Source: Podarcis erhardii (Eukaryota). From it: a DNA stretch of 64,000 bases. The notes under the pieces were generated by a model. That model searched no databases. It saw only the letters and a program-made list of their open reading frames with translations, and was not told the origin of the DNA. Within the stretch, counting starts at the first letter, position 1. Every line of letters begins with the position of its first letter. The stretch lies in assembly GCA_964252035.1 (NCBI GenBank), contig OZ176216.1; one strand, 5' to 3'. This document shows positions 37,111 through 49,526 of the stretch, piece after piece. The position numbers were made by a program, and so were the translations under genes.

Positions 37111-40100
37111 CATATTTGGGGGATTATACCTAAAATTCATTGCATGCAAAACATGTGGTTTGCCACTGAGCTGTGGCTGCACTCGTGCACGGACACCCTA
37201 TAGGGGTCAGGTCAAGGTGGAAGCTCTTATATGATCTGGCCTAGATGGTTTAGTAACTTAACTTTGAGCCCTTATTTACACTGATGAAAATGTACAGGAC
37301 TTTTGTGTGAATCTTTACCTTCCATATTCTTATTGAAATAGGTGGCAGGAGTTCTTAATGGATTGAGCCTGTAATTCTTTGTTTAGTGTTAAAGGTCACT
37401 TTGTGCACAATGGACTTCCTTTTGTAGAGCAAGCCCTAGGAGTTTTGCTTTGTGTGACATTATTATTATTACTATCGGACAAGAAAGCTTAACATCTAAC
37501 GTGATGATGCTGGGTAGTAATATATAGTCTACCTCTGTTCTTTTAAAAACCTAACTTCTTTCCTATATCTATTGTATCGTGCAGGGCCAGTTCTTTTCTG
37601 AAATTTATGGTATCCTTCAACAAAGATGCCGGTTGAATCATTTCAGCCTGTTCCCATAATTTTTGCAGTGTGTCTGTTTCTGAGGGAATTTGCTATTCTG
37701 AATTTTCACATATAACATTGTTGTGGTACTTTGATCGTATGCAGAGCCAGTATTTGTATCGTCACCGCCCCTCCCCCAAGGCTCTAAAGACAGCTCCAGT
37801 AAGCTGTTTATCGAAAACCATGTTTCTAGCTAAATTCTAGGGGATGGTCCAGAAGTGCTGAACCCTGGGACTTGTGTGCAGGGCTCTGGATCTCTTATCC
37901 CATTCCCTCCCCTCGATGTTTTTAAAGAATATTTAAATAAAAAAACAAAAATTGCAGAGTGCTCAGCTGCCTGTAAGCAAAGAACAGTGGCAGGGGAGAC
38001 CCCAGCCACCCACTGTCTCAAATTAGCCCAAAGGAATGTATGCATATAAATTAGCATGTGCATTTTTATCTTTGCAGATTTGTGCCCTCGGTGGTTTAAA
38101 GTACCTACCAATACCCTGGATGAGTGACTTACTAGTTTAAAGAGTAGCCGCACCCCCACTTTTGAAAACACTTGCTGTTTAGCCAGCAGCTCTTGGCTTG
38201 TCATTATTTCCAGAAAACAAATCTTCGTTTGGATTCATTTATAACATTCACTAACTCTAGCAGTTCTGGCTGCCCTTGCAGCCCAAACTCTGTTACTCCA
38301 GATCTGTAAGAATGCTAACTTGTGGATCACGTAATAAAAAAACATGTTTTGTAGATAATATACTGTTATAAATTGTGGTGTATGTATGGGAATACAGGTT
38401 TTCATAATGTCTTTGCCGGGGGGAGGTGCCTCTGGGGAAATAAAACAAATAATGGGGGAGCTTGGGTTTTTTTAACTGGGAAAATGGTGCAAGGATAAAA
38501 ATACTGAACCCCTGTCTTCATGCACCATGATCCCAGCCCAGAACAACCCTCCCTGTTAGCAAGAGAGAGGACGGACTATTTTGCAAACATTTAGTCTCTA
38601 GGGTGAGTCTCATTTTACAATAAAAATCAGCATATTAAAGGAAGCTTGGGTTGATTTAGAGGAGAGCCTGGTGCAGCCAGCGTTTGAAAGCATGCTCTCT
38701 ATTGCGCTTCCTAAGAATTCCTGGGGGAGCTTGGGCCTTAGGGCCATCACTCTTCTGTCACCGGGCTGGCTGCGTCAGGAGGCGGGGTACAGCTTCCTTG
38801 CGAGAAAGCCCTAGGTGATGTGGGTTTATTAATTTTTCTGGGGAATAATTAATGAATTAATTATACCGGAAGGCATTTGAATATTCAGAAGCCACAGTGT
38901 AATTATTCTTATTTGGTCTGAGATGCAATTTCATTTGTGGATGGATATGCAAGGACTTGCTATGACAATTTGTTCTTGCTTCCTTTTGGCGTGCAAGTTG
39001 CTTCATTGTTCTTCTCGTTCTCTCCTCCCAATGAATCCTGCAAGGTTGGGTGAAGCCAAGGAATTGTAACTGCTCTGATGGCAGCTGGGTGTCTTCGGGT
39101 CCAAGGCTAGCATTCTGCCCTCTGCTCTGCACTGGCCTTGAGAAAAAGGTGCTGCTTTGATCCACACCAGTTGAGGCATTGCTCTGCTCTGGCATAAACG
39201 AGAGAGAGGGAGGGTGGCGAGTGTGTTCTTGAGGCCTCTCTGTGCTGTGAACATTGCTCAGAACGTCCTGGGGGCAAAATAAAGGGACACTTAAGAACTC
39301 CCTTTTGCTTTGTGGCACTGCTGATGGTGTGCAGTGGCCTTTAAAACCAAACAGTGCATTTTCAAAGGACTTGCCGGAGGACACTCGCTTTTCTATCTCC
39401 TCCTCTCTCTCCTCCACCCCCCACCCACCGACCGAACCGTTGTTCTCTGTGGGCGTTTTCTCGAAAGAAAACCCATCACTGAGCGCTTTTGCGTGGAGAC
39501 CTGGTTTTGGAAGAGCAGATACAGCCGCTCCAAAAAGGAGTTGAAGCGTCAGGAATGAATTATTTTTAGAGCCAAACCTTCGGAAGCGCATTACCAGCTG
39601 TATAAAAAATTAATTGCCTCCGTGGTTCTGCTCGTGTTTCATAACTGGCTGTCTGGCTGTTGTCAGTGTTACCGGCCTGTAATGAAGTCCTTTTGTTTTA
39701 GTATTCTGGTTCTCTTCCCCCATCCCACCCCCCAACCCATTGTCGCAATCCCCTTCCACCACCAGGAGACGAATGAGTTACTGCGTGGCAAATGGGAATT
39801 TAATAGGATAAATAAAGATAGCCAGTCTCGTTGCATTGAAGTTGTGCCCATAGAGGGCATGCTTCAGTTCTGTGCAGATATTACACTGCTGATTATGGGG
39901 TTGCTAGCAGCTGCAAAGCTCTGGTTCAGAGACCTCTGTTTTAGTGCAGATGAACATTTTACACGTCATGTCTTTTTTTTTTTTAAGAAAAAACAGATTA
40001 GCTATGCTTTAATGCAAAATCTCTTCAAAGAGAGGCTTAGATGTGCCTCCTGATCCTGTTGAACAAATTCTGCTCCTGCGTTTCCACTGTGTTGCTCTCT

Positions 40101-42539
40101 CTTTCAGCAAAAGAGGAGGCAGTCCCTTTGGTGGAGTCCAGGGAGCCCTTTCTAACTCCTGGTGTGGTTTGGAGTTCACGTTTTCCAGAATGCCTTTCCG
40201 CCACTGCAAAACCTCCTCCATGTAGAGAAACCCTGCCTTTGCCAACGGTGGCACAGTGGTCTTCCAGGAGAGGACCATGGATGCTATGCTCTGTGTGCAT
40301 GCAGACATTGTTCCAAAATCAGATGTACGCTCTTTGCAGGAAAGCTCCTATGTTGTGCAGAGCTCTGAAAGACAGACTAGAGCAGTCTTGCAGTTAGCCG
40401 CACACCTACTCAGATTTCAGAGAACTCTGGGTGAAATGCTCATTCACTTGCCCTTCCTCAAATCTGCACCACCTCCAAGAGGAAGAGGGCACAGTAAGCA
40501 GGAGTTTTCACCCACTCAGAGAGGACAGGTGAACAGGCAGCCGGGTTGAGGCCAGCTGTGGGTCTTGACTTTATTTTGTGTGTGCCTGTATACTTGCTTT
40601 CTGTAAAGAAATAAAGTGGCTTCATTGCAGTTTGCATTCAAACAAAAGAAGGAATCTTGAAAAGAAAGGAAAAACCAAGAATACTGTTAAAAAACACCCA
40701 TTAAAGTAATAAAAATCAGTGTAAGACACAGAAGGAGTAGAAACTTTAAAAAGTAAAAATGAAATTAAACAAGATCTAAAAACTTTGGGGAGAGCAAGTA
40801 ATTTTTCACTCTGCAGCAGAAAAACACCACTATCAAGCCCATCCACCCCTTCACAGGGAGAGAGGTCCACGGCTAGGCAGGTGTTTGAGGATGTTCTGCT
40901 GGCCTATGGAGAGGAAATGCCCCCAGTTCTCCACCATTGCCAAAAGAGACCCACATTTTTCTCTGCTCTCTCTCTCTCTCCTCCCTCCCCAGCTTTATAT
41001 CGCTATGTGCAGCTCACCGGCCTTCTTCATATTGAGCTTCACTGACCCTTGCCACACTTCTCTAAAAACTGACCTCCACCAACCTCTTTGTCAGTCAGTT
41101 TGGTTCTGCCTTCTCGATCCAACCCTGCTAGGATGACACAGAGCCTTTCTGGCTCATGACACTCACCCCTTGCGTTCCTCTACCTTTCTCTGCTGGTGAT
41201 TATAGGGCATTCTGTTGTGTGTGCACCCTCACCCTTCCTTTTTAAGCACGGTTGGCATTCTGCAAAACCTGCACTGGAGGTCTGGATCCAGATCTGGTCT
41301 TTCTTTTGCTCCCAGTCCTGTTCAGCCATGATGGGTTTTACTTTCTTTTTGGAAATGGCATGGGTGGTCCCCACACACTCCCCATCTAGAGGGATTTTCA
41401 TCATTTTTGCTCATCAGCATGCTAATTGCTGTATGACTAATTATGCCCTGAATTCCAGTTGATTTTTTTAATGAGACAGCTGGGTTAATTATGTAATCAT
41501 ATGATTACATTAGCCTAGAGTGCCCCAGCGCAAAGTAATCCACGTGGGCACATGATGTCATTGTGGAAGCAAGGCTCACAAGGGGTGCATTGAGCCCTTC
41601 ACCTAATAGTGAAGGGAAGAGGAGAAGGGCAGGGTCAGCCTCAATGTTCCCTTTGTAAACAGTTACATTGGAGAATAAAGGGTGTGTCCCTGGGTGGAGA
41701 GCATTTTTCTAAAATGCATCTGCCTTTCTATTAGTCCACTACCCTCTCTCTTTCTCAGGAACAAGGCTTGAGTTCAGAATAAAACAGGATTTTCCAGGTT
41801 AATGTTAGTGGCATATGCTAGTCTTAAAGGACAAAGAAAAATACATGCATGTTTATTTTTTAAAAATAAAATAAAATTGAAGCCTGTGCTTCCTCATATA
41901 TTGTTTGGACAACTTACAAGAATAATAAAATACAATAAAAAGTAATACACAAAAAGAACAAACAATAAAAGCCATCAGTAAAGTGATTCAAAAACAGCTG
42001 CAGAAAGAATGAGTTGCAGTCCATTGAGAAGTTCGGTTCTGTTAATGTGGGTCTGGCGTGAGATGGTGACTTTCTATCCTACTGCCTGTGTTAGTTAGCT
42101 CAGCATTGGCAAGTTGTTTGTTTTAATAATTGTTATTAATTCCCCCCAAAAAAGGTTATATAGGATTCTGCAAAATACATTGTTATCAAATGGGATCTGA
42201 TGGCAATATACATAGACCATATACAATTATAGATCATTGCCAAACAAATACAGACATAAAATAAAACCAAAATAAATAAACCACAAGTGTGTGAATGTGT
42301 GGAAGGTAGTGGCTAGAACCATTTATAGCGTAAACCTAATGGTTCAACAAGAAAAAGTTACAAAACATGGACCCTTTCTATTGCCTGTCACTGCTTGTTG
42401 TGAAGGGTCACTTGTTTGTATACAGTTCGGCCCTCAATGAATTGTCACAGTCTGTCCATGTTGCATTCCCTTCCCTTCTGACTTCAGAACTTTTAATTCC
42501 ATCCCAAACTCCATGCCTGCATATATCTACATATATCTA

Positions 42540-42762
42540 CAACTGTCGGTTATGCTTCAGGCAGAGGGCCTTCTCGGTAGTGGCACCCGCCGTGTAGAAT
42601 GCCTTCCTATCAGATGTCAAGGAAATAAACAACTATCTGACCTTTAGAAGACACCTGTAGGCATCCCTGTTTAGGGAAGTTTTTAATGTTTGATGTTTTG
42701 TTGTATTTTCAATATTTTGTTGGAAGCCGCCCAGAGTGGCTGGGGAAACCCAGCCAGATGGA

Positions 42763-42818
<56 letters not shown>
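42540..42818 (+). mobile_element. L2 LINE 3' end with terminal stem-loop and (AAT)n tail
   Basis: cagagggccttctcggtagtggcaccc..., hairpin tggctggg-gaaa-cccagcca, (AAT)n at 42763-42818. Confidence 0.85.
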
Positions 42819-42820
<2 letters not shown>

Positions 42821-42825
42821 TATTC

Positions 42826-42925
42826 ATGTCTGCGAAAGCTTATGCCATAACTAGTTTCTTAGTCAGTCTTTAAGGTTCTTCAGGATTCTTTAACATGAAT
42901 AACATGGCTACCCCTCTGGAAACGG
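42826..42925. mobile_element. Penelope-like terminal repeat fragment
   Basis: cgaaagcttatgccat...ttagtcagtctttaagg...catggctacccctctggaaac resembles the amniote Penelope pLTR. Confidence 0.6.
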
Positions 42926-43475
42926 GAAGAACATCATAGAACATAATTTTCAGAAACGGAGTGAAAACAGCAGCAGAGCAGCTCCCAGAACTCCTTGTAC
43001 TGGCAGGTTGCCCAGTTAATGCTGCATCCCTGTTACCCACTCACATAGGGCTTAGGAATGGAATTCTGCTTTCTGGGCAGTGTTGATTCTTTGGGGACTC
43101 TTCCCAGTGAATTGGAGAAGACCAGGTCATCCTCACTCACAGTAGTGGGGCAACTACATATGCAGCACTCAGAAAGAGAACAAATTTGTGCTTGCAGCTT
43201 TTAATGTACAGATTTATATCTACAAATATGCAAATAATGCGAATCAAAATAAAATTGATATCACTGTCTTGGGGAAGACTGGGACCAGGTGGCTTGAGTG
43301 CCTACTCTGTCTGCTGCCCAGGTGATAAGTGTTAATGGGCCACCTTGCCAGTTCCCCTTCTTGATGGATCCTTAGGTTTAAACTGGACTTGGACCAGGCA
43401 GCACTTCAAATACAGATATGGTGGCTTGTTTCCAGGGTTTCCAGGGCTCACCTGTCTACTTTGCTACCGAGTTTA

Positions 43476-43857
43476 GGAACAGGTGGCGCTGTGGTCTAAA
43501 CCACTGAGCCTCTTGGGCTTGCTGATCGGAAGGTCGGCGGTTCAAATCCCCGCGACGGGGTGAGCTCCCAGTGCTCTGTCCCAGCTCCTGCCAACCTAGC
43601 AGTTCGAAAGCACGCCAGTGCAAGTAGATAAATAGGTACCACTGTGGCAGGAAGGTGAACGGCATTTCCATGTGCTCTGGTTTCCGTCACGGTGTTCCAT
43701 TGCACCAGAAGCGGTCTAGTCATGCTGGCCACATGTCCCAGAAAGCTATCTGTGGGCAAACACTAGCTCCCTTGGCCTGAAAGCAAGATGAGCACCGCAA
43801 CCTCATAGTTGCCTTTGACTGGACTTAACCGTCCAAGGGTCCTTTATCTTTACCTTT
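43476..43857 (+). mobile_element. Sauria SINE, full length
   Basis: ggtggcgctgtggtctaaacc head, B-box ggttcaaatcc, core cctgccaacctagcagttcgaaagcac, (ttacct)n tail. Confidence 0.93.
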
Positions 43858-45455
43858 CACTGCTCTAAAACTTTATTTGAGGAACCTGAGTATTCAGGCA
43901 CAGAAATTCTTACCGCTAACCAGGGTCTTTCTGTTTACCGTTAAAGGCAAAATCTTTCAACATGTGTGATGATTGTCCCAGTGATGCAGCTGCAGATTTA
44001 CATTCAGCCATGTTCTGTGGAACACAATAATTTCTTAGTAACATTTCCAGTGTTCACGGTCTTGTTCAGCAATTATAAAGTTGCCAACAGCCTTGTGAGG
44101 TAGACTTCTTGACATTCCGGCCATGTTAGAGGAGAAAGAAAAAGAGTACATTCACATCTCTGAATAGAGATTCGAACCCAGGTATCAACACAGGGAGCAA
44201 TTGTTTCTCTTCTCAGTCCCCCAAATAATTTTACATGATTACACCCTCACATCTGGTTGGGATATTCTGCTCCCCACTGCTCCCCAGCAACTTGGAATAT
44301 TTTTGTTCCCAGTTGAGAGATATTAAGTGCAAATTTCTGGCACTGAGTGGAATATGGGGGGGGGGGGGTTAAGTTATCTTCACAGCTATTTTCAAACATC
44401 GTGTCTCATTCTTCTTGTAAGAGAGTTAATAACCAAAGTGTAGTTTTTTAGTAGGTTTTCATTTTTATATGCTCTAGTGAAATCATTTTTGTTTTTTAAA
44501 ATCATTTTTCCTTAACAGATACCACTGCAAGGTTTGTACGTACAATAATACTTAAAATGGCCCTCCTTGGGAATTTTTCTGAGTTCCCAAATACATACCT
44601 TTTGAAGCTTGTTACTTGTTTTAGGTTTGAAGCGTAGCAGTCGCTGGGCTGGCATGTAGCAGAATCATGGCCGAGTTTTTATAGCAGTGATTATTAAATT
44701 AGTTTTCTTTAATAGAAGCCATACGATTTAAAGTGGAGAAGTCTGTTCTGTGTGGCCTCTTTAGCATATCCCAAAACAATATTCAAAAGCTGCTGACATT
44801 TTAATCATTCACCTTGGCTTAAGCAAATTTTGGAGTTTAATGCAAGGAGATAGGCTTAACATTATGCTCATACTTTATTCCGCAACTGTTTTGCTTCTTT
44901 GACATTAACCTTTAATAAAGCTAAATTAAATATACATATCCTAATGAATAATTATGAGTGCCAACATTTTCATTTACGATATAATGTTTTCCAGGGATTT
45001 GGGAATTTATTGACTAAAGGTTTAGTCATTATTCATTTTATAATGTAGATGTTGGTGGGGTGGGTGAGTAATAGTTCATACAAGATGCCTGGCAGATTTT
45101 AGTCCAGAAAAGCCTTGTTAATTTGCAAGTCTTGGGGCCCTAAAAATTGTCATGGGCCTTGTGACTTAAGCCAGATAGGACTGGTAGGATCTGCTAGAGG
45201 AGGACCCTGAGGTAGAGGGTTGGCACAGTTCAGGGTTAGGGTTAGTTCAGGGGGTGATGGAGAAGAGTGTCTCGTGGCACGGCTGCCAGGTGCCTCTTTA
45301 AGAGATGGGGTGTTAATAGGCTTCACCTCTTGGGAACAAAATTCTCACTTGAGCAGAAACTGGCTGATGTCAGTGGAGCTGGTTGAGTTGGAGGCTGAGG
45401 GAAAGTGTGAAGTTTTGGATTCTGATCCCATTGCTAAGGATGTGCTCCTGCAAAC

Positions 45456-45502
<47 letters not shown>

Positions 45503-45523
45503 GAAGAAGGGGAAGAAGAAGAA
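45456..45523. repeat. (AAT)n followed by (GAA)n
   Basis: Directly visible. Confidence 0.93.
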
Positions 45524-45555
45524 ATACAAGAGATGGGCAAAATTTTGAGAGAATA

Positions 45556-45665
45556 CAGTCATATCTTGGTTTTCGAACAGAATGCGTTCTGGAAGTCCAT
45601 TCGACTTCCAAAATGTTCAGAAACCAAGGCGCGGCTTCCGATTGGCTGCAGGAGCATCCTGCAAT
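45556..45665. mobile_element. Truncated Tc1/mariner MITE, family C
   Basis: TA-CAGTCATATC, then ttcgacttccaaaatgttc...gcggcttccgattggctgcagga, the reverse complement of part of the 17028 copy. Confidence 0.75.
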
Positions 45666-47784
45666 ATACTCCGAAATATGCTGTTTCTATTTCAGACAGT
45701 ACTTGTAGTTAAAGATGTGGGTACACGTAGAAATACAGTTTGAATGGGTCCAACATGAATTCCTTGTCAGAGTGCTCTACTCCCACCCAGTACATGCAGA
45801 CAGAGGCGCTTGCTTGGAAATATGAAAGCGATACTTATTCAGGCAGCCTCAGCAGCAGACCCAGTGCTCAGAAGTTAGGGAGCAGGGCAAGAAGTTTGTA
45901 ACGGCGTAGAAGTGATGAAGATGCCCCAACAGGTTTTCCCGCCCTTCCCACCAAGCTTTCAAAGATGGGGCAGGATGTGCTTGTTCACAAGACTCATTTG
46001 TCTTGTGGGAATAGTGTGAACGCTAGTGCACACTCTGAACCCCTCTGTTCAGCCTCCCCTCTTAGCCAATCAAAGCCCTCTCCAGCCTCTACCGATGCTT
46101 CCAGCTCCATCGGAAGGTCAGAGGGGAGAGCTGGCATCCTCGCTGCCTCTTCCAAAGTGACTGAATTTGCAGTACAGATAGGATACTCCCCCCTCCCTCC
46201 AACCCAGGATTCCCCCAGTTCATCCCCCTTATTTCTCCCACCACCAGAGCCTGCCAGCTGAATCTCAACAGCACTGTGGAGGTCATGGCAAAGAGTCAGC
46301 ATTGACCCTTCTGGTTACATCTCCCCTTAGGGGTGCTCCTCTACTCAGACGGCTGGAGTGAAAGCCTTGACTTGGCCTTGTTGGTTCAACGCCGGTCAAA
46401 GCTCTTCTCCTGCTTGGAGTGCGCAGATTCCTCCCATCGCTGCCTCTTCGAGCACCAGTGTTTCCAGTTCGCCACCCATGGAAGCTGGACCTGCTACACT
46501 CCAGGCTCTAGCTCCAGCCCACGAGGCCCGGGCGAAGCCTCTGGCTGATGCGAGACAGCAGGAGCACTAGTTGTTTCAAGTGCTTCCACCCTTCAGCCCA
46601 GCCCAGCCCCAGCAGAGGGCAGGAAATTGTGGCAGCAATTTGTGCACTACTTAATTGGACAGTCCTGTTGGGGCTTTACCTCCCCGAGCTGCCACTGAAC
46701 TTAAATTTTATAATTGCTCTCAAATCCTCCCTGTGTTAAATAACTTTTTAAAAAAAGACCTAATGTGAGATGAATATTTTAACAGTGCTAATAATGAAGA
46801 AGAGAAAACAACCACCCTGGCCTAAAAACCACAAATGAGAAAGTGATGTAGTTATAAAGTATGCATGTGCTGTGAGGGCAAGTGATAAGCAGCCTCAGTT
46901 TTTCCCCTTGCATTATGGAGGTGGCAAGGCAGGAAGCCCTCTCTGAGCAGAGTTAACACAATGCAGCACACCCTGCCTCTCTTTCCTCAACATAACCCAG
47001 TGCTGTTCTTTTATAAACTCTGGTGCTGGACTGACACGTTGCAAAGTGCCCAGGCTTGCACTTAATGCGTTAAGAGAGGTACAATGGGCTTATTATGTGT
47101 TTCCAGCAACTGAGGGTGGTCTGTAAAATTAATGATTGTGGCGGCTGCAAATTAAGCGAGCTCCCTAATATGTACTGTTGTTGATCCTCCGAGATTGGTG
47201 TGTTTAACATTCCTCAGCGGGAGACTAAATCTTTGTAGCCATTTCACAAGTGATGCTGGCGCCCACCGCAGAAATGTATGCAGCGCTATTTTATGAGACC
47301 CTTTTTGGATTCCAGGATTCTTCTGCTCTGGCTGGCAAAGCTCCACGACCAGCCCAGCAGTCTCTGTGAAACGTGCTTGTCCAGCCATACGTGGCAGGTG
47401 TATTGTGGTGCCTTTCTAGGGATGCTTTGAACATTATTAGGCTGCCTGGATGTGCTAGCTAACTAGGGCTGGAGCGTCTCGCCCACTTGATCAGACCCTT
47501 TTGCCTGAGTCTTCTGGCAAAATGCTTGGTGGGGGAATCCTGGTGTGGTTTTTCAGTGTTTGTTTTGAATGTTTGAGCAACCTACTTCTTCCCTATCTTC
47601 ACACACCATGCCAGTTCTCCTGTTTCCTCAAGGAAGGAAAGATCTAGATCTGAGAAATTATAAGCTTCCCCAAAGCTTAGAAATCTAGAACCCGCCCCCC
47701 AAAGAAATGTGAAATCAGCTGGGAAATCTAGGATTTCCTGAAGAAATGTGACCAAGATAACTTGACTTGTTGGAAAGGATTTGA

Positions 47785-48138
<354 letters not shown>

Positions 48139-48954
48139 TGAACATAAATGTTTGGGGGATGATTTAGATAAGGAAATAATAATGATATTTAGAGAAGTAA
48201 TGCCATCTGTAAAAGCCAGTTCTCCATAACCTTTTGCACTGTAGCATGACCAAGAAACAGAACTCTAGATGGGGCTTTGTAGATGAGCGGGTAAAGTAGA
48301 TAGCAGCAGGCTTTATTCTCAGCCCCTGTGGTCACCAGGATTTCCAGGGGCAGGTTAAGATTCTCTTGTCCCTAGGCCTGCCTTTTTTGTGTTGGATCAT
48401 GATCTCAGCTAGAATCTTCTTGATAAGCATCAAACATGCACAGCATCTCTGCCTCAATTAAATCTGTTGTTCTCATTTGCCTTTCAGGATTTAGCTGACC
48501 TGTTTTTAACTTCTTGCTGTTGCCATTTTTCAGTGTTTGAATATTAAGGCCCAGCTTAAATGTATTAATTTATATGTGAATCTTTTCCAGCCACTGCCTG
48601 TATGCTTCGTACACATTTACAGGGAATGCTTAGCACTGTGCCGTTTTCTGTCAGTTTAATATGTGATTCTACGTGGGTATTTGCTGCCTTCACTTTACTT
48701 TGTTTATCCCTAGGGTAGAGTGCTGATATTGAAGCAATGTAGGTTAGTTATTTAAGTGGACGGGCCAACTGTTAATGGTGTCCCTTGTAGATAGAAACAC
48801 TGTAATTACAAGCAGCGAGTGCTCACCTCTTCAAATGCTTCAGGTTGTGTGTGCTCCCATTTGGACTTTGCAGCAAACATCGTCCTGAAATGGGAATGAG
48901 AAGTTGTTCTCTCTAAAACTGTTTTCCTTTTACACAACACCTGTGATTAAAATT

Positions 48955-49085
48955 GTAGAATCATAGAAGGGACCATGAGGGTGCTAGAGTCCAACCCCCT
49001 GCAATGCAGGAATCTTTTGCCCAACATGGGACTCGAACCCACGACCCTGAGATTAAGAGTCTCATGCTCTACTGACTGAGGATAC
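48955..49085 (-). mobile_element. tRNA-Lys(CTT)-derived SINE with CR1-like 3' tail (lacertid type)
   Basis: Minus strand ctcagtcagtagagcatgagactcttaatctcagggtcgtgggttcgagtcccatgttgggc, then aaaagattcctgcattgcagggggttggac...ctatgattctac. Confidence 0.88.
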
Positions 49086-49164
49086 TATGGCAGTGCCTAA
49101 TTCTGGGCATTATGGCTTTGAGAGTTATGAGTTGTGAAGGTGGCCGCCATTTTTTATTCTTTAT

Positions 49165-49526
49165 AAGGTAAAGGTAAAGGTACCCCTGCCCGTACGGGCC
49201 AGTCAGGTCCAACTCTAGGGTTGTGCGCCCATCTCACTTAAGAGACCGGGGGCCAGCGCTGTTCGAAGACACTTCTGGGTCATGTGGCCAGCGTGACAAG
49301 CTGCATCTGGCGAGCCAGCACAGCACACGGAAACGCCGTTTACCTTCCCGCTAGTAAGCGGTCCCTATTTATCTACTTGCACCCGGGGGTGCTTTCGAAC
49401 TGCTAGGTTGGCAGGCGCTGGGACCGAGCAACGGGAGCGCACCCCGCCGCGGGGATTCGAACCGCCGACCTGACGATCAGCAAGTCCTAGGCGCTGAGGT
49501 TTTACCCACAGTGCCACCCGCGTCCC
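49165..49526 (-). mobile_element. Sauria SINE, full length, CpG-rich (probably young), with TSD
   Basis: Head gggacgcgggtggcactgtggg, (aaaggt)n tail, ttattcttt on both flanks (49154-49162 and 49528-49536). Confidence 0.95.

Noticed and set aside
38078-38130. Acceptor tttatctttgcag followed by an in-frame stop
   Set aside because: No credible donor downstream.
38857-39591. Longest ORF in the track (244 aa, minus strand)
   Set aside because: No recognisable domain, low-complexity composition, antisense within an intron. Consistent with chance.
40256-40549. ORF containing MLCVHA, reminiscent of the human CUX1 alternative N-terminus MLCVAG, with donor CAG|GTGAAC at 40529
   Set aside because: Only four residues match, the position is wrong (intron 4), and the donor is phase 0 whereas exon 5 needs phase 1.
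45220-45712. 162-aa and 109-aa ORFs with poly-N/poly-I
   Set aside because: Kept open by an (AAT)n repeat and a MITE fragment, so not genes.
45765-46290. Possible solo LTR (TG...CA) with a purine-rich minus strand
   Set aside because: Flanks (ttcct / aagag) give no target-site duplication and no PBS or PPT is seen. It may be a repeat but cannot be classified by eye.
49010-49080. Apparent tRNA-Lys(CTT) gene (also 6619-6668)
   Set aside because: The 5' acceptor strand is missing or diverged and the sequence runs into a CR1-like tail, so it is a SINE head rather than a tRNA gene.
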